A DNA stretch of 64,000 nt, from assembly GCA_003246895.1 (NCBI GenBank), contig QKCL01000053.1:44984-108983 (forward strand), in the 5' to 3' direction. Below, piece by piece: positions 26,986 to 35,939 of the stretch; position 1 is the stretch's first letter; the number at the start of each line of letters is the position of its first letter. The DNA is from Spirochaetota bacterium. Its GTDB lineage: Bacteria; Spirochaetota; UBA4802; UBA5550. A program made the position numbers and the translations under genes. The notes below the pieces were generated by a model, which did no database searches, was not told the origin of the DNA, and worked only from the letters and a program-made list of their open reading frames with translations.

Positions 26986-29553
26986 ATGGCAAAATACAGC
27001 GGCAATGCCTTTGGCAGCGGAGGATTCGGTAAGGGGTTCGGCGGCGGGCCAGGAAAAAAATTTACCGGAGGGTTTTTCTCTTCTGTGATTTCATCTGTTA
27101 TTGAATTTATAACTGTTTTTTTCAAAAATCTTCCTGGTCTCATAAAGAACTACAAAACTGTGGTCATTGGTGTTGGAGCCGGCCTTCTAATTGCATTCAT
27201 TGTTATACTTGTTTTTGAATTCAAAAATGTTCAGACCCTGGCAGAGTATGAACCCAATATCACAACAAAGATATACGACAAAAACGGGCTCCTCATTTCA
27301 GAACTCTTCAAGGAAAAAAGGGAGGTTGTTCCCTATGAAAAAATTCCTAAAGACCTTGTCCATGCCTTCATTGCCATGGAAGACAATGAGTTCCTGTCAC
27401 ACTGGGGAATTAATCCCAAGGGTATAGTGAGAGCCTTTTTTATAAATATTTTCTCAGGCCGCATCAGGCAGGGTGGAAGTACAATTACCCAGCAGCTTGC
27501 CAAGATCATGCTCACATCCAGAAAACGGAGTCTCTACAGAAAGGCAAAAGAGGCCTTCATCTCCCTGATGATAGAAGCAAAATACAGCAAGGATGAGATA
27601 ATGAGAATGTACCTTAACCAGATCTTTCTGGGACACGGTGCATACGGAGTAGAGTCCGCAGCAAAGCTTTACTTCGACAAGCACGTCTGGGAACTGAACC
27701 TTGCGGAATGTGCACTCATTTCAACTCTTCCATCCGCTCCGAACCTGCTCTCCCCCATAAGGCACCCCAAAAGGTCAATGACAAGACACAGAATTGCCCT
27801 TGCCAAAATGGTTGAAATGGGTTACATCACCGTTGAACAGGCAGAAAAGGCCTATCTCGACTTCTGGCCCGATTTTCTAGACCGCCTGGGCAACATGTCA
27901 CCATCCATAACCACATGGAGCAACAGGGTAGACAAGGCCCCCTGGTTTACGGAATTTGTCAGAAGAAAACTTGTGAAACAATATGGTGAAAAAAAGGTAT
28001 ATGAGGAAGGACTCCTGGTATATACCACACTTGATATAAACAAACAGATTGCAGGACAGAAAATACTTAAAGACGCCCTTGACAGGCAGACGGTTGTATC
28101 TTCCGGCCTGTCATTCAACAATGATGAATTCATAATGGAAAAATATTCCAGCGAGGTTTCCCTCATACTGGATCTCTTTGATATGCCGAACTTCGCCAAA
28201 AAAGGCTCTCCCGAGGCAATGAAGCTCAACTCGCATCTCAGGGCCGATGTAATTGAGGAGATTGAGGCCCTGAACTTTCTCACGGGACTCGACAACATCG
28301 GCAAGTTCATAGACAAATACAAGACCACATACGACGAAGACAGGGAACAGCAGCGTGTTGAGGGATGTATCCTCTCCATCAACCATAACAACGGCTACAT
28401 TGAAGCCATGATAGGGGGGAGCGAATTCTCCAGCATAAACCAGCTCAACAGGACAATGCAGTCCAGACGGCAGCCTGGATCATCAATAAAACCCCTGCTC
28501 TATACCGCGGCCATGGAAACCGGAAAATTCACGCCGGCAACAGCGGTACTTGACTCACCCATCATCTATCTGGATAATGAAGGCGGTGACTGGCTTCCCG
28601 AGAATTATGAAGGAGAATATTACGGTTTCGTCCGCCTGCGCAGGGCACTGGAGAAATCCATTAACGTGATCTCCATAAGAATTGCGGACACAATAGGCAT
28701 TGACACGGTAATGAATTACTATGCAAAATTTCTGAAGTTCAGCGACAAGGAGAAAGGTGCAAGGATACCCAGAAACCTTTCAATTGCCCTGGGATCGATT
28801 GAGGTGAGCCCCTTCGAACTTACCACTGCATATGCAATAATCGCAAACGGCGGAAAAGAAGTAATCCCCTTCGGCATAAGATACATAAAAGACCGTACCG
28901 GTAAAGTCATTGAGAACCGTGAGGAAGAGGTTAAGGGTATCCTTGAGAAGAAGACAAAAAACGGAACAATACAGATAATAAAACCTGCAACAGCGCAGAT
29001 AATGATAAGCATGCTTAAAAGTGTCATTGCAAACGGAACCTCAAGGCTTGCAAACCCGGGAAGGCCCGCCGGCGGAAAAACCGGTACCACAAATAACTGG
29101 AAGGACGCCTGGTTCATGGGATTTACCCCTTCCCTCACATCGGGACTCTGGATAGGTTATGACAAGCTCGGCCTCTCTCTGGGTATCGGGCAGTCTTCAG
29201 GCGGTATCGCCGCACCAGTCTGGGGAAGATACATGAGAGAAGCCCTGAAATCAACTCCGGTTCATGCCTTCCCGGTATACGCAGGCCTCAAGGAAATGGA
29301 AGTCTGTGCCAGTTCCGGTCTTCTCCCGGGCCCCAACTGCACCAGACGCATAAAGGAAGTCTTTATACCTGAATTTGTCCCTGACAAGGAATGCACAATA
29401 TGCTCAGAATCCGTGGGCAAAGGCCCCGATGCCATAAACGGCCCAAGAGAAAATCTTGTTAAGGGCCAGAAACAGAAAATACTGAATAAAATTAACAGGA
29501 AAGGAACCGGTACATCCACAATAGATGATATCAGTAATGACCTGTTAAGATAA
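26986..29553 (+). CDS. mrcA: Class A penicillin-binding protein (bifunctional transglycosylase/transpeptidase, PBP1A)
   Basis: N-terminal TM. Glycosyltransferase motifs EDNEFLSHWG and GGSTITQQL. Transpeptidase motifs SSIKP (SxxK), SIN and KTGTT. Confidence 0.9.
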   Translation: MAKYSGNAFGSGGFGKGFGGGPGKKFTGGFFSSVISSVIEFITVFFKNLPGLIKNYKTVVIGVGAGLLIAFIVILVFEFKNVQTLAEYEPNITTKIYDKNGLLISELFKEKREVVPYEKIPKDLVHAFIAMEDNEFLSHWGINPKGIVRAFFINIFSGRIRQGGSTITQQLAKIMLTSRKRSLYRKAKEAFISLMIEAKYSKDEIMRMYLNQIFLGHGAYGVESAAKLYFDKHVWELNLAECALISTLPSAPNLLSPIRHPKRSMTRHRIALAKMVEMGYITVEQAEKAYLDFWPDFLDRLGNMSPSITTWSNRVDKAPWFTEFVRRKLVKQYGEKKVYEEGLLVYTTLDINKQIAGQKILKDALDRQTVVSSGLSFNNDEFIMEKYSSEVSLILDLFDMPNFAKKGSPEAMKLNSHLRADVIEEIEALNFLTGLDNIGKFIDKYKTTYDEDREQQRVEGCILSINHNNGYIEAMIGGSEFSSINQLNRTMQSRRQPGSSIKPLLYTAAMETGKFTPATAVLDSPIIYLDNEGGDWLPENYEGEYYGFVRLRRALEKSINVISIRIADTIGIDTVMNYYAKFLKFSDKEKGARIPRNLSIALGSIEVSPFELTTAYAIIANGGKEVIPFGIRYIKDRTGKVIENREEEVKGILEKKTKNGTIQIIKPATAQIMISMLKSVIANGTSRLANPGRPAGGKTGTTNNWKDAWFMGFTPSLTSGLWIGYDKLGLSLGIGQSSGGIAAPVWGRYMREALKSTPVHAFPVYAGLKEMEVCASSGLLPGPNCTRRIKEVFIPEFVPDKECTICSESVGKGPDAINGPRENLVKGQKQKILNKINRKGTGTSTIDDISNDLLR

Positions 29554-29577
29554 ATAAATACTTGTAATGAGGATAAT

Positions 29578-30135
29578 ATGAAAAATTACTTTATAAACAG
29601 GGACGATGCCTTTGTCATGCTCATAGACATGCAGGAGAAACTCATGGCAGCCATGAAGGACAAGGTGCAGATTGACCTCAAAAAGAACTGTGAGATAATA
29701 CTGAGAACTGCAAATGAATACAGTATTCCAGTCATTGTCACCGAACAGTACAGAAGAGGGCTTGGCGCAACCATACACGAACTTCAGGAAATTATTGAAG
29801 GCGCAGAAAACCTGGAAAAGTCATACTTCGACTGTACAAAGGACTGCGACATAAACCAGTCAATTGAAAAGGCCGGCAGAAAGACTGCCATTCTCATGGG
29901 CATTGAGTCGCACATCTGCGTGCTCCAGACAGCACTGAGCCTGCTGCAGAAGGGCATGGATGTTATCATTGCATCCGATGCAGTGGCATCAAGACACAAA
30001 AGGGACTGGGAAACGGGCCTGAGACTTCTAAACGAGGCAGGGGCTGGTATTTACCCCACAGAAACAATAGCCTTCATGCTCCTCGAAAAGGCGGGAACCC
30101 CGGAATTCAAGAAGATATCCCCGCTCTTCAAATAG
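29578..30135 (+). CDS. Isochorismatase-family cysteine hydrolase
   Basis: VMLIDMQ start, catalytic-Cys region GIESHICVLQTA, 185 aa. Confidence 0.7.
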   Translation: MKNYFINRDDAFVMLIDMQEKLMAAMKDKVQIDLKKNCEIILRTANEYSIPVIVTEQYRRGLGATIHELQEIIEGAENLEKSYFDCTKDCDINQSIEKAGRKTAILMGIESHICVLQTALSLLQKGMDVIIASDAVASRHKRDWETGLRLLNEAGAGIYPTETIAFMLLEKAGTPEFKKISPLFK

Positions 30136-30218
30136 CGGCTCATAAAAAAACCGGATAGAATTCCGGATTCCGGTATATTTACTCATAAATTCAAGATTAT
30201 AAACTGTTGGAAGAGAAC

Positions 30219-31052
30219 ATGAATATTGAGCTTAAATACTTTACCGGTACAGGAAATTCATTAAAAGTACTTAATACCTGCAGAAAGATTTTTGAGTCCC
30301 ATGGACATGGGACAAAAATCTCTGAAATTGATTTTAATGATGACTATACAGTAGAACCCGATATTATAGGATTCTGTTTCCCGGTTTATGCATTCGGCAT
30401 TCCAAGAATATGCAGAAAATATTTAAAAAGCATAAAAAAATTCTCCCATAAACAGAAGGCCTTTGTAATAATTACCGCCGGAGATGCTGAGGAATCAGGA
30501 TTCTCCTTAATGGAATGCCGGAAATTATTACTGAAGAAAAACTGTGAATTAATCTATTCCGGAGTAATTCAGATGCCGGTGAACTGGATTACCTCTCCTG
30601 CCCCGCCATTCACACCATCAAAAGATGAGGCTATTGAAACAATCAGGGAGGGAGTAAGGGAAGCCGAAAAAATTGCCGCCAATCTCATTAATGGTGTAAA
30701 AATTTTTCATAAATTCTCCTACCCTAAAAGATATACCAGATACAGGTTTTACATGGACTATCTGCTGTTCAAATACATTGGTGTAAAATTCCTCTGGAGA
30801 ACTTTCAGAGTCTATGATACATGCAATGGCTGCGGTCTGTGTTCACGCATATGCCCCACCGGAAGCATAGTAATCAAAAATAAAAAACCGGCCTGTACTT
30901 CAACATGTGAGCAATGCATGAGATGTGCCAATTTCTGTCCCGAAAATGCCATATATCAGCTCCATGGAGGAGATACTAAAGGGAAAAACAGATATCATGA
31001 GCCGGAATTTTTTCCTGTGAAAAAAATTTGTGACGATCTGAAAGTAGAATAA
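30219..31052 (+). CDS. Flavodoxin-like / 2x[4Fe-4S] ferredoxin fusion (EFR1-type)
   Basis: N-terminal flavodoxin-like region (YFTGTGNS). C-terminal CNGCGLCSRICP and CEQCMRCANFCP. The ORF-track start at 30207 is a TTG. ATG at 30219. Confidence 0.5.
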   Translation: MNIELKYFTGTGNSLKVLNTCRKIFESHGHGTKISEIDFNDDYTVEPDIIGFCFPVYAFGIPRICRKYLKSIKKFSHKQKAFVIITAGDAEESGFSLMECRKLLLKKNCELIYSGVIQMPVNWITSPAPPFTPSKDEAIETIREGVREAEKIAANLINGVKIFHKFSYPKRYTRYRFYMDYLLFKYIGVKFLWRTFRVYDTCNGCGLCSRICPTGSIVIKNKKPACTSTCEQCMRCANFCPENAIYQLHGGDTKGKNRYHEPEFFPVKKICDDLKVE

Positions 31053-31207
31053 ACCCTCACTTAGTTTAAGGAATTCTTTTCCCCATCTCCATCATATAAA
31101 ACTATTTCCTTTCATCATGTGCATATTTAGAGCCTAAATAAAAAATTAGTTGTAATTTTGCCCTTATTATAACAGCGTTATAATAAATACATTTATTGGC
31201 AGAAAAT

Positions 31208-31909
31208 ATGATAAAAATTATCCCCTTACTGACCCTTATACTGTTTATCAATTCATGCATCATAGGTGATGACCAGAAACTCGGCGGCCTTGCAGATGAT
31301 GACTCGGTCATTGCACACTATCCCCTTGACGGAAATGCAGGAGATATAAGCGGTAATGGACATGATGGAATAATGTACGGAGACCCCACAGCTGAAGACG
31401 GGAGAGACAGGAATGCGGGCACATCACTTGGTTTTGACGGCATAAATGACTATATAAAGATACCGGATGAGCAAAACTTTAATTTATCGGAGAAAGAGTT
31501 CACTATTTCACTGTGGGTAAACATAGCGAGCCTGGGCTCATCATCCGATATCTTTACTTACTACTACTCCTCCACGGTTTACTTTTCACTTGCCGTCAGT
31601 GCCATATGGGGCAACCTGAACATAAGCATTAATGGAAATACATTCGCCCCTGTAATTCTGGATATAAACCGATGGTATCATATTATTACTGTCTGCGGAA
31701 CAAGCGGAACTACTCTTTACATTGACGGTGAAAAAATCATTGAACACACACATGGAATCGGATCATTTTCAGGCACAGTAACTACATTCATAGGTTCCGC
31801 AAACGGAGGGTTATACTTCAACGGCAGAATTGACAATCTGACTATTTTAGGCAGAGCACTATCAGCCAATGAAGCAAAAATTCTTTACAGAAACAGTTCC
31901 GGCAAGTAA
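31208..31909 (+). CDS. LamG-like (concanavalin-A-like jelly-roll) domain lipoprotein/exported protein
   Basis: N-terminal hydrophobic segment with Cys (LILFINSC). GTSLGFDGINDYIKIPDEQNFNLSEKEFTISLWVN is typical of LamG-like domains. The track start at 31196 is a TTG. ATG at 31208. Confidence 0.5.
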   Translation: MIKIIPLLTLILFINSCIIGDDQKLGGLADDDSVIAHYPLDGNAGDISGNGHDGIMYGDPTAEDGRDRNAGTSLGFDGINDYIKIPDEQNFNLSEKEFTISLWVNIASLGSSSDIFTYYYSSTVYFSLAVSAIWGNLNISINGNTFAPVILDINRWYHIITVCGTSGTTLYIDGEKIIEHTHGIGSFSGTVTTFIGSANGGLYFNGRIDNLTILGRALSANEAKILYRNSSGK

Positions 31910-31967
31910 TAATTGACCTGCAGTAATTCAAAATATCCTTAGGTAACGCAATACATGAGGTCCGCCC

Positions 31968-32489
31968 GTGAGCAGATACATAAACTTTTATACAATTGAA
32001 GGTGATTATGCCCTGCTTCTTTATTATGCAGGAGAGGCTGGCCTTGCTGCAGTTCCCAGAATCATTAAAACAGAGGACTATAATCTTAAAAAAATAGATA
32101 CTGCAGAACCCATGGAATTTTCATGCAGCGACATGGAACAGGTTTTTTATTTTACACACAGAGACATACCGGTTTCAGAAATATTATACAGCCCCATAAG
32201 AATGGATCCTGAAAATTCATTCCTCATGGCACATCTTTCACCTGTAATAGAATGCACCCCCTCAAGAACAGAAGAGCACAGGCTCTGTAGCGGCAGACTC
32301 TACATCGATGCCCCCAAAGATTCCCCATGGTCAAAAAAAATTTATGACTCCTACGAGCTGATTTCAAAATTTGTCAAAAAATGGCCGAAAATTGAAAAGC
32401 AGACCCATGCGGGGCCTGCAACTTTCAGAACGGCAAAGGAAGGCAATGTGAAACTAATGGCATCCGGAAGAGAACTGAGAATTTTTTAG
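31968..32489 (+). CDS. Hypothetical protein (173 aa)
   Basis: ORF only. No motifs recognised. Confidence 0.3.
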   Translation: MSRYINFYTIEGDYALLLYYAGEAGLAAVPRIIKTEDYNLKKIDTAEPMEFSCSDMEQVFYFTHRDIPVSEILYSPIRMDPENSFLMAHLSPVIECTPSRTEEHRLCSGRLYIDAPKDSPWSKKIYDSYELISKFVKKWPKIEKQTHAGPATFRTAKEGNVKLMASGRELRIF

Positions 32490-32504
32490 ACCCCGGATAA
32501 CTCT

Positions 32505-33275
32505 TTAACGGGGCATATTCTCCCAGAGAATTTTCCTGCCGTCAAAAACCGGACCATCCACACAGGCCCTTCTGTATCCGTCAACCGTATCAACTGTACA
32601 CCCCACGCAGAGGCCCACACCGCATCCGAAATAATTTTCCACAGAAACCTCAACCGGAACATTTTCATGAACCAGTTTAACAACTCTATGCATCATGGGA
32701 TCGGGGCCGCATGTGTATACCCTGTCAAATTTTCCATCGGAAATCACATGGGACATCACATCCGTTGCAAACCCCTTTATCCCTGCCGAACCGTCATCGG
32801 TTGTAATAATCAGTTCATCGGCGTATTTCCTGTATTCATCCTCCAGAAAAATGTAATCGCTGCTTCGGGCACAGTATATGTATGTCAGTCTGTTTCCATT
32901 CTCCTTCAAAGCTCTCATGAGATACAGGAGAGGAGCATTCCCCACACCTCCGCCCACGAGAAGCAGATTCTTATCATTTTCCATGGTAAAACCCTTTCCG
33001 GTCGGACCAACAATATCTATAAAACCCGGCTCCATTCTGCTGATAAGAGAAGTCCCTTTACCGATGACTCTGATGACTACATCAAGAACATCTTCATGAG
33101 CATTAAAAATAGAGAATGGCCTGCGCAGGAGAGGGTCAAAGCCTTCACCGGCCTTTATATTTATAAACTGCCCGGGTAAACTTCCGGACTTGTCCGCTTT
33201 GATTTTAAGCAGGTAATGGTCCTTTGCAACTGTAACCGGTTTTTCAAGTAGTGTCGCCATGGTTCTATCCTTCAT
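32505..33275 (-). CDS. PyrK-like FAD/NAD-binding oxidoreductase subunit with C-terminal 2Fe-2S cysteine cluster
   Basis: Ferredoxin-reductase-like fold signatures (RPFSI; GPTGKGF; LLVGGGVGNAPL). C-terminal CGVGLCVGC...C. Matches the dihydroorotate dehydrogenase electron-transfer subunit / NfnA family. Confidence 0.6.
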   Translation of the reverse strand: MKDRTMATLLEKPVTVAKDHYLLKIKADKSGSLPGQFINIKAGEGFDPLLRRPFSIFNAHEDVLDVVIRVIGKGTSLISRMEPGFIDIVGPTGKGFTMENDKNLLLVGGGVGNAPLLYLMRALKENGNRLTYIYCARSSDYIFLEDEYRKYADELIITTDDGSAGIKGFATDVMSHVISDGKFDRVYTCGPDPMMHRVVKLVHENVPVEVSVENYFGCGVGLCVGCTVDTVDGYRRACVDGPVFDGRKILWENMPR

Positions 33276-33326
33276 TATTAATCATTTCCTGGAATATATT
33301 TAAAAAGGCCGGTTAAATTCAAGTAA

Positions 33327-33890
33327 TTATTTTAACTCAATTTTTGCAATTTCATAGTACTCCGGCCCTTCCGGTTTGAGCTTTGATTCATACAGAACTA
33401 CTTCACTGATTAATGTCTTCCCGTAGAATGTTTCTCCGTTGTCCCTGATATAGTTTCTGAGGCTCAGTGGAAGCCTTCTCCCTCTCCTTACCCTTCCCAG
33501 AGTAAGATGTGGACTGAAAGGTCTTGTCTCAGGGCTGAAACCGAATCCTGAAGCAAAATCTTCTGTAAGCCTGTGAAGCACTGATAATTCACGGTCAGCC
33601 CCCCTAATCCCCGCCCAGATTACAGAGGGATCGGCCGTGTTCGGAAAACAGCCCAGCCCCTTTATTTCAGCTGCAACGGGGGAGAAATCTGCACTCAATC
33701 CATTGAATGAACTGATAATTCTGTCACAGAGATCTTCTTCGACAGATCCGAAAAATTTAAGTGTTAAATGATAGTAACGGGGTTCAACAGCCTTAATCAG
33801 TGAACTGTATTTACTTAATTCGAATGAGAGTTCCGGAAAAGACCTGTCGCTTTTCCGTAAGAGAGGAACTGCTATAAATATCCTGCGCAT
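33327..33890 (-). CDS. thpR: RNA 2',3'-cyclic phosphodiesterase (2H phosphoesterase, ThpR/LigT)
   Basis: Two H-x-T-x motifs (HLTLKFFG and HLTLGRV), 187 aa. Starts 1 nt after the gatC stop. Confidence 0.7.
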   Translation of the reverse strand: MRRIFIAVPLLRKSDRSFPELSFELSKYSSLIKAVEPRYYHLTLKFFGSVEEDLCDRIISSFNGLSADFSPVAAEIKGLGCFPNTADPSVIWAGIRGADRELSVLHRLTEDFASGFGFSPETRPFSPHLTLGRVRRGRRLPLSLRNYIRDNGETFYGKTLISEVVLYESKLKPEGPEYYEIAKIELK

Positions 33891-34178
33891 CTACTCAATA
33901 ATTTTGGGAACCACAAAATGACTGTTTTCAAAGGAAGGAGCGTTAAGTTCAATTTCATCAAAACCAAGAGATTTGCCCACAGCATCTTCCCTGACCACAT
34001 TTTTTAAATCCACAATATGATCTGCAGGAGATACAGAATCTGTGGGCAATTCATTAATTTTTTCAACATACTCGATTATATCATTAAGCTGTGTTGAAAA
34101 TTCCATTTTATCTTCCTGGGACAGTTCAAGTCTGGCAAGCTTGCTCACCTTGAGTACCTGATTTTCATCAATTCTCAT
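33891..34178 (-). CDS. gatC: Glutamyl-tRNA(Gln)/aspartyl-tRNA(Asn) amidotransferase subunit C
   Basis: 95 aa. VSKLARLELSQEDKMEFSTQLNDIIEYVEKINE...NVVREDA parallels GatC. Confidence 0.75.
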   Translation of the reverse strand: MRIDENQVLKVSKLARLELSQEDKMEFSTQLNDIIEYVEKINELPTDSVSPADHIVDLKNVVREDAVGKSLGFDEIELNAPSFENSHFVVPKIIE

Positions 34179-34187
34179 CTTATGATC

Positions 34188-34856
34188 CTAATATAAAATA
34201 TCTTCTTTACTTTCAGTTTCCCTATATTCAAAACGCTTCATATCAAAATCAATTACTTTTTTAAAATTGAGGTATTTTATGGTGACAGAGAGTTTAAAAT
34301 TTTCAGCCTTTAAGGGTACATAATTAAACAGATAGAACATTGACACCCTGTCTCCAGGTGCGATAAAACCGAATCTGTATTCAATACTGTCTTCATTAAA
34401 ATCAATGTCTTTAAGAAGATTCTTTTCTGTGAGAATTCTTCTGGGTTTCCACAATTCCTTTAGATTAATATTATATCTTGAATTGAAGAATGATTTATCC
34501 TGTACAGTTTCAAAGAACTCGGCCCCCTGTGAACTTCCCTCAAACTTCAGCTCAACTTTTTCAACAGTAACGGGCCTGTTCCATGTGTTGGATATTATAA
34601 GATGAAAAGCCGGCTCATAGGGATATTCACTGCCCTTTCCCCTGAAAAATGAATATCCCCTTAATATGTCCCATTCAGGTTTTCTGATATTTTCCGCCAC
34701 AATATCACAATGATAAGTGCGTATTACCGCAGCCTTCCCGAGCAGTATTTCAACATTCGGAAGATCGGCAGAGCCGTAGTATTCAACAGGTCTGCTGAAA
34801 TAACTGCATGAACTTATAAAAAAAACTGTCAGAAGAATAAAGTATTTCATAACCAT
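34188..34856 (-). CDS. Hypothetical lipoprotein
   Basis: Lipobox-like ISSCSYF after a signal peptide. No recognised family. Confidence 0.4.
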   Translation of the reverse strand: MVMKYFILLTVFFISSCSYFSRPVEYYGSADLPNVEILLGKAAVIRTYHCDIVAENIRKPEWDILRGYSFFRGKGSEYPYEPAFHLIISNTWNRPVTVEKVELKFEGSSQGAEFFETVQDKSFFNSRYNINLKELWKPRRILTEKNLLKDIDFNEDSIEYRFGFIAPGDRVSMFYLFNYVPLKAENFKLSVTIKYLNFKKVIDFDMKRFEYRETESKEDILY

Positions 34857-34953
34857 AAATTATCTCACCTTAATTTCTTTTCAACACGATTTTCAGTACT
34901 TTATGTTTGATTCACCATTGCCGAAACTATAAAAAAAGTAACTGGATCATTTT

Positions 34954-35937
34954 TTGAAACGTTTAAGATATTCATTCTACCTTTTCATTTTAACGGTCAC
35001 CTGCGGAGTCCTGGGGTATCACTATATTGAAGACATGTCAGTATTTGACTCCATTTACATGACCGCAATTACGATCAGTACAGTGGGATTTGAAGAGACA
35101 AAACCGCTTTCAACGGCAGGCAGAACTCTTACCATGTTCATTATAATCTTCGGGATAACCATTGCCGGTTACACACTCGGTAACTTTATTAAAATGCTTG
35201 TTGAAGGAGAGATCAGCAAGGGATTGGGGAGAAAAAAAGTGGAAAAGAGAATAACAAATTTGAAAAACCACTACATCGTTTGCGGTCATGGTCGCATAGG
35301 GAAACTCATTTCAAGGGAGCTCCAGAGGCACAATGAAAAATTCATTATACTTGAAAAGGATGAAAAGGAAGCGCTGAATCTTGAATCTGCCAATCTTCCA
35401 TATCTTGCCCTGGATGCAAGAGACGAGACATCTCTCCTCAAGGCAGGAATCATGCGGGCAAGAGGTCTTGTCACGGCAGTCATGTCCGATGCGGACAATG
35501 TTTTCATCACTCTCACTGCAAAGATGCTGAATCCGGATATTTTTATTCTGGCCAGAGCATCCGATTTTAACAATGAAAAGAAGATGTTAAGCGCAGGGGC
35601 CAACAAGGTAGTTTCACCCTATATGATCGGGGGCCAGAGAATGGCCCAGGTGCTGGTAAAACCTACTGTTGTCGATTTCATAGACCTTGCCACGATGGAT
35701 CACGGTTTGGGACTCATGATGGAGGAGATGAAGATCAGTGATAAATCAGTACTTTCCGGGAAAAGCCTTATCAGCAGCAACCTCAGAAAGGATTTCGGTG
35801 TAATCATTGTTCTCATAAAAAAACATAACGGAGAGCTGAAATTCAACCCCCATGCAACGGAAATTCTTGAATCCGGAGATGTACTTGTAATGCTCGGCAA
35901 AACAGTGGATCTGGACAAAATTTCAAAAATTGTATAA
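34954..35937 (+). CDS. Two-TM ion channel with RCK (TrkA-N/TrkA-C) domain, potassium-channel family with atypical filter
   Basis: Pore-helix/filter region FDSIYMTAITISTVGFEE. RCK Rossmann GHGRIG. TrkA-C-like C-terminus. Confidence 0.65.
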   Translation: MKRLRYSFYLFILTVTCGVLGYHYIEDMSVFDSIYMTAITISTVGFEETKPLSTAGRTLTMFIIIFGITIAGYTLGNFIKMLVEGEISKGLGRKKVEKRITNLKNHYIVCGHGRIGKLISRELQRHNEKFIILEKDEKEALNLESANLPYLALDARDETSLLKAGIMRARGLVTAVMSDADNVFITLTAKMLNPDIFILARASDFNNEKKMLSAGANKVVSPYMIGGQRMAQVLVKPTVVDFIDLATMDHGLGLMMEEMKISDKSVLSGKSLISSNLRKDFGVIIVLIKKHNGELKFNPHATEILESGDVLVMLGKTVDLDKISKIV

Positions 35938-35939
35938 AA

